From contig DASPZW010000310.1 of NCBI GenBank assembly GCA_035636055.1, positions 1 through 31,113 on the forward strand: a DNA stretch of 31,113 nt, read 5' to 3'. This document shows positions 23,968-31,113 of this stretch, one piece after another (positions within the stretch are counted from its first letter, which is position 1; each line of letters opens with the position of its first letter). The notes beneath the pieces are model-generated. The model saw only the letters and a program-made list of their open reading frames with translations. It was not told the origin of the DNA and searched no databases. The stretch comes from Actinomycetota bacterium. Its GTDB lineage: Bacteria > Actinomycetota > CADDZG01 > JAHWKV01 > JAOPZY01. The translations under genes and the position numbers were made by a program.

Positions 23968-25004
23968 GTGATGCTGGCTGCCAGCCTGCGACTCTGCTGG
24001 AGCGTTGCTATCAAGGCGAGGGTGGATTCGGCCCCTTGGTTGCTGTTGGCCCGGTTGGCGCTGAGGCCGTCGTAGCCGCCACCCGTTCCCGGGTCGCACA
24101 TCGGTACGCCAGCGTCGTTGTCTCCAAGGAACCAGCCTAGCGCGCGGTCCACGCCGGCGGGCCACCGGGGGTCGTGGGTGACGGCGAACGCCCGGGCGCA
24201 CGCGTCCGCGATCGCTGCCGCTTCGATCGCCTGCTGGTCGAAGCCGGGGCGCGGCTCACCAGGCCCCCACCCGCCCACCGGGGTCACCGACAGGTGGCCG
24301 TCGAGCGTCTCGATATCGAGGAGCCAGCCGAGCAGGTCGAGGCCCCGGGCAAGGAGCCGGTCGTCGGCCAGGGCCACCCCAGCGGCGACGAGGGCTTCGG
24401 GAAGCAGGGCGTTGGCATAGGTGAGCCGTGGTTCGGGCCAGGGCCACGCGGCGGACGGCGGCTCGGATCTCCTCTCGGACGTGGGGCTCCCACAGAACAT
24501 CTCCGCATACCCCGCGGCGATGCCGAGCGCGGCCGGATGCGAGGGGTTCCGCGCGAGGACCTCGGCGGCGCCGAGGGTGGCGAACGCCATGGTCCGGGGA
24601 TGGGCAGACCGGCGGTGGGCGCTGCGCTCGAAGCACTCGAGCGCGTCGTCGCGCACCCAGGGATCCGCGCTGCGGGCGGCAGCCGTGCCCCAGCCCCAGA
24701 GGGCCCGGCCCCACCAGTCGCCGAGGCCGGGTTCGTCCTCCCAGCGACGGTCGTAGCTCAGCCGGTTTCGGCAGCGACCATCGGGCGCCTGGGCGTGGGC
24801 GAGCAAGGCCAGGTAGGTCTCGGCAAGCTTCGCGAGGGCGTCGTCGGGCTCGGGCTCGCGGCAGATGACCACCAGGCCGCGTGCCGCGTCGTCCACGCAG
24901 TAGCCGTAGCCCCGCCGGGGCGTGGCGCCGCAGGCGTGCTCCAGCAGCCCGGTCTCGTCGCTCAGACGCAGCAGGTGGCTGAAGGAGACGCCGGTATCGC
25001 TCAC
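23964..25004 (-). CDS. Uncharacterised (alpha/alpha)6 six-hairpin glycosidase-like protein associated with GT4
   Basis: HLLRLSDETGLLEHA, GYCVDDAAR, LTYANALLP, FDQQAIEA, GGYDGL...NQGAESTLA; recognised from memory as the domain often found fused to the C-terminus of GT4 proteins in GT4-GH130 clusters. GTGA-coupled on both sides. Confidence 0.7.
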   Translation of the reverse strand: MSDTGVSFSHLLRLSDETGLLEHACGATPRRGYGYCVDDAARGLVVICREPEPDDALAKLAETYLALLAHAQAPDGRCRNRLSYDRRWEDEPGLGDWWGRALWGWGTAAARSADPWVRDDALECFERSAHRRSAHPRTMAFATLGAAEVLARNPSHPAALGIAAGYAEMFCGSPTSERRSEPPSAAWPWPEPRLTYANALLPEALVAAGVALADDRLLARGLDLLGWLLDIETLDGHLSVTPVGGWGPGEPRPGFDQQAIEAAAIADACARAFAVTHDPRWPAGVDRALGWFLGDNDAGVPMCDPGTGGGYDGLSANRANSNQGAESTLALIATLQQSRRLAASIT

Positions 25005-26137
25005 GCCACGTTGGTCACGCGGGAGGCAATGACCTGGTCGGCGAGTGCCCGGTACTCAGCCGCGACCGCAGGCCACCCCAGCTGGGGGGAGAGGCGGGCG
25101 GCCTCGGCCGCCATAGCCGACTTCAGCCCGGGCTCGGTCAGCACCCGGGTGAGCGCCGTGGCGATGGCTTCAGGGTTGCGATGGGGCACCAGGAGGCCGG
25201 CGCCGTCGCCGAGCAGCTCCACGGCATGAGGGAAGCGAGAGGAGATCACGGGCTTGCCCGCGGCGACCGCTTCGATCAGCACCCCGGAGGTGACCTGATC
25301 GGGTGAGTCGTAGGGGAGCAGGATGACGTCGGCGTCCCGCACGATGGCCTCCAGGGCGTCGATGCTCAGGTAGGAGGCGTTGAACTCGACGAGGTGGGAC
25401 ACGCCCAGGTCCTTGGCCCGAGCGACGAGGCGGTGGCGGTACGCCTCGCCCTGCGTCTCCAGCACTTTGGGATGGGTCTTGCCGACGATCAGGTAGCGCG
25501 GGGCGGGGCCCACGTCGCCGAGCAACGCCAGAGCCTGGAGACCCCACTCGATGCCTTTGCCCGGGCCCAGCAGGCCCCAGGTGAGGATGGTCGGCCGGGC
25601 CGGGTCGTATCGGGGGGCGATGGTGCGCGACGGCACATGGGCGCCATGGGGAATGACGGAACCCTTGGACATGTCCACGTCGTAGGCACGCAGCCGGCGG
25701 AAGGCGGTGCGCGTCATGGTCACGACGGCATCGGCGGCCCGGGCGACTGCCTCCAGGATTGCCCGCTGGTGGTCCGTTGGGCTGACGAGGACGGTGTGGA
25801 GGACGACGATCGTCGGCACCCGGAGGGCCTCGAGGACGTCCAGGACCTCCTCACCGTCAGGGCCGCCGAAGATCCCGTACTCGTGCTGGACGATGGCGAC
25901 GTCGAACTCGTTCAGCGCCGCCACCGCCCGCTGCCGGCTCGTGGCGCAACCCTTGATCCAGTCCAGGACGACTTCGGGCGGCGAGGCGGCGTCGGATTCG
26001 TCAACGAGACGGACGACCCCGAAGTCCTCGGTGGCTGCCGATGGTCCGGCGATGTGGCGCCGGAGCGCCGCGGTGAACGTTGCCAGTCCACACTGGGTTG
26101 GCGGGTATGTGCTCAATAGGCCGTAGGTTTCGGTCAT
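25001..26137 (-). CDS. Glycosyltransferase family 4
   Basis: STYPPTQCGLATFT, QHEYGIFG, TWGLLGPGKGIE, SGVLIEAVAAGKPVISS; GGAGGT before ATG 26137. Confidence 0.92.
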   Translation of the reverse strand: MTETYGLLSTYPPTQCGLATFTAALRRHIAGPSAATEDFGVVRLVDESDAASPPEVVLDWIKGCATSRQRAVAALNEFDVAIVQHEYGIFGGPDGEEVLDVLEALRVPTIVVLHTVLVSPTDHQRAILEAVARAADAVVTMTRTAFRRLRAYDVDMSKGSVIPHGAHVPSRTIAPRYDPARPTILTWGLLGPGKGIEWGLQALALLGDVGPAPRYLIVGKTHPKVLETQGEAYRHRLVARAKDLGVSHLVEFNASYLSIDALEAIVRDADVILLPYDSPDQVTSGVLIEAVAAGKPVISSRFPHAVELLGDGAGLLVPHRNPEAIATALTRVLTEPGLKSAMAAEAARLSPQLGWPAVAAEYRALADQVIASRVTNVA

Positions 26138-26209
26138 GAGTACCTCCGTGTCTTGAACATCCTTGCGGGTTGGCGGTGCTGGGGGTCGGCCCCCGGACTT
26201 CTCCCCGAG

Positions 26210-26513
26210 CGTTGACGTTGCCGCAGCGGCTGCCGCGGCAAGGAGGGACGCCGAAGGCGGCGGCCACCGTCAACGGAAAAAGAGCTGTGTACCGGAACTG
26301 TGGAGCCCGCCATCAGTCCGGAGCGGGACGACGCAAACTGGACTTTCCCACCAGTTAGTACTGCACCGAGCCTACCATGGCTCGTCGGCGAACAAACCGC
26401 CGAAGCCTCGTACTTATGTCGTTCCCCCCGGGTTTCCAGTTGTCGTCCGCTCCTTACGGAGCGTTCGACAACCCCCGAATAGGAGCCAGGGGGGATCCGC
26501 AGCTTATCCCCCC
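26210..26513 (-). ncRNA. Candidate structured leader or sRNA (five or more hairpins)
   Basis: Stems at 26210-26275 (three-way junction), 26379-26407, 26439-26472 (GNRA loop on the minus strand) and 26489-26513; no match to a riboswitch consensus I can recall. Confidence 0.35.
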
Positions 26514-26535
26514 TCCGCAACGCTGCGGGGGGCTG

Positions 26536-27765
26536 CTACTCGCCCCTGGACCCCCAGTTGTTGGCACGGTACCGGCCGTAGAGCCGGATGAGCTGGCCGC
26601 GGCGGTCCGCTTCGAACTCCTCCACGCCGATATCCAGCCAGGGCAGCGCCGGGGGCGGCATCGCGGGGAGATCGACCCGGCGCGTCACCTCGGCGACCGC
26701 GGGCTTGGGGGACCCGTCGGGACGCCACAGGCCGAAGCTGCGTTCGTGGGTGGCGACTTCAAGGGGCGGAAGCTCGTACAGGGCCGGCGCGTAGTCGGCG
26801 AAGCACCACAGCAGGGCCCCGGTGCATCCGGCGGCCCGCAACCCGTCCAGGACCCGCCCCGTGTAGGCGGCTGCGGCCGGCTCGGTGACCAGGCGGGGGT
26901 CGCCCGGCTCGGCGTCGTGCCCGTCGGTCGTGGGCAGCGTCGGGAGGCCGAATTCTTCGAAGAGGACGTCGGTGCCGCTTGCGAGCCACCGGGTGATGAG
27001 GCTCAGGAAGGGCAGGAGTTGGTCGTCCGTTGGGCCGGCGGCCCAGTCGGCGTAGATGGGGTAGCCGTGCATCGACACGAAGTCGCAGTAGCGGGCCGTC
27101 TCGGCGGGGCCCATCCGCCGGTCCTCCTCCAGGTCCTCCATGTGGGTGCCGGCGGTGATCGGCCTGCCGGGATCCGCTCGCCGGATCGCGGCCGTCATGC
27201 GCTCCAGCCACGACTCACCGCTCCTGCGGTCCGGCGGGATGGTGCAGTTGGAGTTCTCGTTGCCGAGATCCCAGGCCCAGACGGCAGGATGGCCCGCGAG
27301 CGCCCGTGCCGCGGCCCCCGCCAGTCGTTCCTGGGCGGCGACGACATCGGGGTCCGCGTACCAGTTCCGCAAGCCCGAGCCGGGCGTGATTTCCCGCCCT
27401 CCGGCGATCACCCGGAAGCGGGGGTCACCCTCGCCGCCGCCGGTTGCCCAGAAGGGGGCCCAGTTCACGCCGCTCATGTGCCCGACGAACAGCGTGACGA
27501 TGAGCGTCACCTCGGCCTCGGCGGCCGCCTCAGCCGTGTCCTCGAGGTGGCGCAGCACCGCGGGATCGACGACATCCGGCGTGGGCTGGGCGTCCTCCCA
27601 CGGCAGGAAGACCCGCACGGAGTCGAACCCTGCCTCTGCGGCCCGCCGGAAATGGGACCTCGTCCGCTCAGGGTCGTAGGGTCGCAGCCAGCCCATCCCT
27701 GCCTCGGGAGGCAGGTAGTTGATGCCGAGCCGGAAGGGGGCGGCTCCGGCGGCGCCGGAGGTCAT
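26536..27765 (-). CDS. GH5-like (clan GH-A) glycoside hydrolase, possible beta-mannanase/mannosidase, cytoplasmic
   Basis: GINYLP, VRVFLPW, WDLGNE (acid/base), FEEFG (nucleophile), LLWCFADY, ERSFGL; no signal peptide; ATGA overlap with the upstream GT4. Confidence 0.82.
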   Translation of the reverse strand: MTSGAAGAAPFRLGINYLPPEAGMGWLRPYDPERTRSHFRRAAEAGFDSVRVFLPWEDAQPTPDVVDPAVLRHLEDTAEAAAEAEVTLIVTLFVGHMSGVNWAPFWATGGGEGDPRFRVIAGGREITPGSGLRNWYADPDVVAAQERLAGAAARALAGHPAVWAWDLGNENSNCTIPPDRRSGESWLERMTAAIRRADPGRPITAGTHMEDLEEDRRMGPAETARYCDFVSMHGYPIYADWAAGPTDDQLLPFLSLITRWLASGTDVLFEEFGLPTLPTTDGHDAEPGDPRLVTEPAAAAYTGRVLDGLRAAGCTGALLWCFADYAPALYELPPLEVATHERSFGLWRPDGSPKPAVAEVTRRVDLPAMPPPALPWLDIGVEEFEADRRGQLIRLYGRYRANNWGSRGE

Positions 27766-28814
27766 CGGCCCCGCACCTGCGCGTAGGCTGCCAGGTACTC
27801 GTCGACCATCCGGTCCGCCCCGAAGCGGGCGACCGCCTGTGCCCGGATGGCCGCGCGGTCGACGCCGCCAGCGAGGCCAACCGCTGCGGTCGCCTCCTCG
27901 ACCGTCCCGACGAGGAAGCCGGTCGAGCCGTCATCGATCAGCTCGGGCATGGAGCCCCGCCGGAACGCGATGACCGGCGTGCCGCAGGCCAACGCCTCGA
28001 CGACGCTCAGCCCGAAGGGCTCGTCGAAATTGATCAGGTGGAGCAGCGCCAGCGCTCCCCCGAGGACCTCGGCCCTCTGGTCGGAGCCGACGGCGCCGAG
28101 GAACTGGACACGGTCCCCGTCGATGTGGGGCGCCACCCGGGCATCGAAGTAGGCCTGGTCCTGGATGATCCCGCAGATGACCAGCGGCAGCCCCACGCGC
28201 CGGGCGACCTCGATGGCCTCGGCGACGCCCTTGTCGTTGTGGATGCGGCCGAAGAACAGCAGGTAGCCCCCGGGGGCCGGGTGCAGGGCGAAGGCCTCGG
28301 TGTCGATCCCGTGGTGGATGGTCGCCAGGTACTTCAGGCTCGGGTGCCGGTGGGCGTCGCTGATCGCCACGTAGGCGCCCGCCCCGCTGTACTTCTCGTA
28401 GACGGGCATGATCTTCGGCGAAGAGAACCCGTGGATCGTCGTGAGCACCGGCGTCGAGACCAGGCCACTGTAGGTGAGGGGGAGGAAGTCGAAGTTGTTG
28501 TGGATGAGGTCGAACTCGGCGGCCCGGTCGAAGACCTGCGAGATGTGGAGGCACTCGGCCACCTTGGCCTCGAGGTCGGGGTCCTCCGACCACCCTCGCT
28601 CGACCACGGAGCTCAGCTTCGCCGTCGTGAGCGAGTCGCCGGTGGCGAACAGGGTAACGTCGAGGCCCCTCGCCACCAGCCCCTCGGTCAGCAGCGAGAC
28701 GAACAGTTCCCAGGGCCCGTAGTGCCGAGGAGGGACCCGCCAGGAGATGGGGGCCAGGATTGCTACCCGCGTGCTGGTCACGTCGTCGCTCAAGCTGCGC
28801 TCACGCGGCACCAT
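27762..28814 (-). CDS. Glycosyltransferase family 4
   Basis: VPPRHYGPWE, FFGRIHNDKG, EPFGLSVVEALACGTPV; GAGGA before ATG 28814 (alternative GTG 28781). Confidence 0.92.
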   Translation of the reverse strand: MVPRERSLSDDVTSTRVAILAPISWRVPPRHYGPWELFVSLLTEGLVARGLDVTLFATGDSLTTAKLSSVVERGWSEDPDLEAKVAECLHISQVFDRAAEFDLIHNNFDFLPLTYSGLVSTPVLTTIHGFSSPKIMPVYEKYSGAGAYVAISDAHRHPSLKYLATIHHGIDTEAFALHPAPGGYLLFFGRIHNDKGVAEAIEVARRVGLPLVICGIIQDQAYFDARVAPHIDGDRVQFLGAVGSDQRAEVLGGALALLHLINFDEPFGLSVVEALACGTPVIAFRRGSMPELIDDGSTGFLVGTVEEATAAVGLAGGVDRAAIRAQAVARFGADRMVDEYLAAYAQVRGR

Positions 28815-28855
28815 AGACCATTCCTCGTTCTCTGGGATGCTGGACGCTTCGGACC

Positions 28856-29686
28856 ATGGGAATCGACGAAGGCTTCTTCGGCCCGTCCAGCGTGAGCTGG
28901 CGCATCCACAAGGACGCCTCGGCGATCCTGGGGGCCGGGCGCGCCCTGCTCATCCAGGCCCTCGACCCCCATGTCATGGCGGTGTTCCTCGAGAACTCGG
29001 ACTACCGGGACGACCCATGGGGCCGGCTGCGCCGGACCGGGGACTACTTCCGGGACGTCATCTACGGCGACACCGACACGGCGCTCGCCGCCGGTCGTAG
29101 CCTCCGGACGCTGCATGCCCGGCTGAAGGGGGTCGTCGATGCCGAGGGCGGCCGCACCTACCGAGCCGACGACCCCGACCTGCTCCTCTGGGTCCACGCC
29201 ACCGCAGTGGACTCGTTCCTCACGGCCTACCGCCGGTACGGCGGCTGGCTGTCGAAGCGGGATGCCGACCGTTACGTGTACGAGATGGTCGCCGCCGCCG
29301 AGATCGTCGGGATCGACGGCGACGAGGCGCCCACCTCCGAAGCTGAGCTGGGCGAGTACCTCGCCGGCGTCACGGGGCTGCGCCTCACCCCGGGGGCGAA
29401 GGAGGGCATGCACCTGATCCTCTTCGACCCACCGATCCCGGATCTGCTCCGCCCGGCCTGGATGGCGGTAGCGGCGGCGGTGGTCTCGATCCTGCCCCCG
29501 GACATCCGCGCCATCTACGAGCTGCGCTGGTGCTGGCCGGTCGACCCGCCGCTGCGGGTCGCGGTGTTCGGTGCCTGCCGCCTCTTCAACGCCTGGAACA
29601 GGGCGCGCCGGCTGGTCGCCAGCGCCGGCGGCGAGCCCTCAACCCAGACGGGTGCCGGTGGGGGTGCCGAACCGGGCGGCCGTTAG
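28856..29686 (+). CDS. Oxygenase MpaB/DUF2236-family protein
   Basis: FFGPSSVSWRIH, GRALLIQALDP, RLRRT, YRADDPDLLLWVHAT pattern typical of the family. Confidence 0.85.
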   Translation: MGIDEGFFGPSSVSWRIHKDASAILGAGRALLIQALDPHVMAVFLENSDYRDDPWGRLRRTGDYFRDVIYGDTDTALAAGRSLRTLHARLKGVVDAEGGRTYRADDPDLLLWVHATAVDSFLTAYRRYGGWLSKRDADRYVYEMVAAAEIVGIDGDEAPTSEAELGEYLAGVTGLRLTPGAKEGMHLILFDPPIPDLLRPAWMAVAAAVVSILPPDIRAIYELRWCWPVDPPLRVAVFGACRLFNAWNRARRLVASAGGEPSTQTGAGGGAEPGGR

Positions 29687-30412
29687 CCGCTTGACGCCCC
29701 GCGGGAACTCCGACTGTGCCCGCCGGTGGGCACCGGCGATCGCACGCTGCGCGGTCGCGTCCCCAGCGAAGGCGGCGATGCAGTGTTCGGGCTCGGCATT
29801 GGCAAGCGCGAGGATCGCCCCGGCGCACCCGAGGGGACCGGCGAGCGACAACAGCGCCGAGGAGCCGACGTACAGCGCCCCCGGCCAGACGTCGACCGTC
29901 TCCAGCAGCCGGTCGGGATCCCCGCTCGAGTCCTTGCAGCCCGCCACCGCGAGGCCGGGCAGGGTTGCGACCGGTATGCCGGGAGGCGAGACGGCGGGGA
30001 AGTGGTAGGCGAGCACCGGCGTGGCACCAGCGGCGAGCGCGACGGCGTCGTAGTAGGGGCGCACGTCCCTGCTGCCCGGGGGCGAGAGGACGAGCACGCC
30101 ATCGGCGCCGTCCTCGCGGGCCGCGGTGGTGAGGGCCGCAGCCTGCCGGGCTGACGGCGCTCCGGTCCCCGCGATGACCGGCACGCCGCTGCCCGGGGAG
30201 ATGGACGCCCGGACCGCTCCCAGCAGCTCCCGGCGCTCGTCGGGCGCCAAGGCAGAGGCCTCCCCCGTGGTGCCGGCGACGACGACGGCCCGGACCCCGA
30301 GCTCCACCAGGCGGGCAGCGTGGGCGGCCGTGGCTGGGGCGTCGAGGCTGCCGTCGTCGCCGAACAGCGTGACGAGCGCCACCCCCACGCCGGTGAACAG
30401 AGGCTCGGGCAT
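29639..30412 (-). CDS. DapA/NanA-family class I aldolase (dihydrodipicolinate synthase-like), short
   Basis: TGVGVALVTLF, AGTTGE, IAGTG, LAYHFP (Tyr), CKDSSGD (Schiff-base Lys). Confidence 0.85.
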   Translation of the reverse strand: MPEPLFTGVGVALVTLFGDDGSLDAPATAAHAARLVELGVRAVVVAGTTGEASALAPDERRELLGAVRASISPGSGVPVIAGTGAPSARQAAALTTAAREDGADGVLVLSPPGSRDVRPYYDAVALAAGATPVLAYHFPAVSPPGIPVATLPGLAVAGCKDSSGDPDRLLETVDVWPGALYVGSSALLSLAGPLGCAGAILALANAEPEHCIAAFAGDATAQRAIAGAHRRAQSEFPRGVKRLTAARFGTPTGTRLG

Positions 30413-30635
30413 GGCCCGACTCTACCCCCCGTCGATTGGCCCGGTGGCCGCACGGCGGCCGCACGCGGCGCCTGCAGACTACGGACGGAACGGCACGCCC
30501 CGGGGTTCCCGGTCTTGCCGAAGTTGCCCTCGAGCTGATCGCCGAGCTTGCCCATGTCCGTCACCTCGCCGGCCGGCGGCGGGGTGATCTTTTGACACGA
30601 GAATTCCCGGGCGGCAGGCTGCCATGGGGGAGGTC

Positions 30636-30809
30636 GACCACTCTGCGTGGTCAGTTCGGATCGCCATTTTCCCATACCACCCGTTTTAGATGCCTTGCAA
30701 AAGCCACGGACTCCAACTGCGGCTGTTTGACCGCGCCTGGCGCGGTGAGACAGCCAAACATGCGCCAGGACCCGCCCACCAGGTATGAGGGCGACCACAG
30801 AACGTGGTG
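30636..30809. promoter_or_regulatory. Two copies of a dyad, CGACCAC-N4-CGTGGT
   Basis: GACCAC-tctgc-GTGGTC at 30636-30652 and GACCAC-agaac-GTGGTG at 30793-30809, in the divergent spacer. Confidence 0.4.
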
Positions 30810-31001
30810 ACGCTGGAGCGACGCAGCCGGTCCGAGGGCGCGCAGAGGACCCATTCTCATTCGCGGGAGTGCAGCCTGACGTAGGGTCGCATGATGATCT
30901 TTGTGTGAATAGGGTTCATAATCAGCCCTCGACGCACAAAGAAGCTCCGGAGTCCTCACCTGTGCCCAGACCCGGGTCACGTTCGGCTATCCTTCGCCGC
31001 T

Positions 31002-31113
31002 ATGAGCAAGCCGCTGCCCGTCACGTTCGTCGGCGGGGACCACGGCCCATGGCGGATCGAGTCGATGACCACCGTCGCCGGGGAGGGGTTGAAGGACGCG
31101 GGCTGCCTTCAGG
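31002..31113 (+). CDS. Probable clade-II (short-chain) chlorite dismutase family protein, N-terminal fragment at the window edge; missing from the ORF track
   Basis: MSKPLPVTFVGGDHGPWRIESMTTVAGEGLKDAGCL resembles the N-terminus I recall for short dimeric Cld proteins (F-x-GGD-x-G-x-W-x-I...V-x-GE-x-L). Only 37 codons are visible. A -10-like TATCCT 8 nt upstream and no SD suggest a leaderless start. Confidence 0.55.
   Translation, partial: MSKPLPVTFVGGDHGPWRIESMTTVAGEGLKDAGCLQ

Noticed and set aside
26181-26194. GGGGG-N4-CCCCC hairpin resembling a guanidine-II (mini-ykkC) riboswitch arm
   Set aside because: The loop is CCGA, not ACGR; there is only one such hairpin; the downstream gene is a glycosyltransferase.
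26355-26378. Seven-codon upstream ORF (MVGSVQY) in the structured spacer
   Set aside because: No SD and no informative codon run; expected by chance.

Overview
GC-rich (roughly 70% by eye), densely coding bacterial chromosome segment; gene content and style suggest Actinomycetota (inference). No rRNA, tRNA, CRISPR array, integrase or transposase is visible. In order: a partial SAM methyltransferase; an ECF sigma factor plus membrane anti-sigma-like gene; two head-to-head peptidoglycan-hydrolase lipoproteins (M14/MpaA-like and Rv3717-like amidase); a NarL-type response regulator and a CHASE3-HAMP histidine kinase; an 8-gene minus-strand nitrogen-scavenging operon (GntR/FCD, BMP-type ABC importer, a catalytically dead BiuH paralogue, biuret hydrolase, atypical amidase-signature enzyme); an orphan ABC ATPase coupled to an M20 peptidase; ppc; an unlisted 39-aa membrane protein with its own RBS and terminator; truncated DUF983, PLDc_N and cold-shock genes; a five-gene cytoplasmic GT4/GH5/GT4/six-hairpin/GH130 cluster split by a highly structured 400-bp spacer; MpaB-like and DapA-like genes; a structured 590-bp spacer; and the start of a probable clade-II chlorite dismutase. 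Best leads: the pseudo-enzyme coupled to biuH, the GT4-GH130-GH5 cluster, and the small membrane protein. All calls come from motif recognition by eye; no searches were run.
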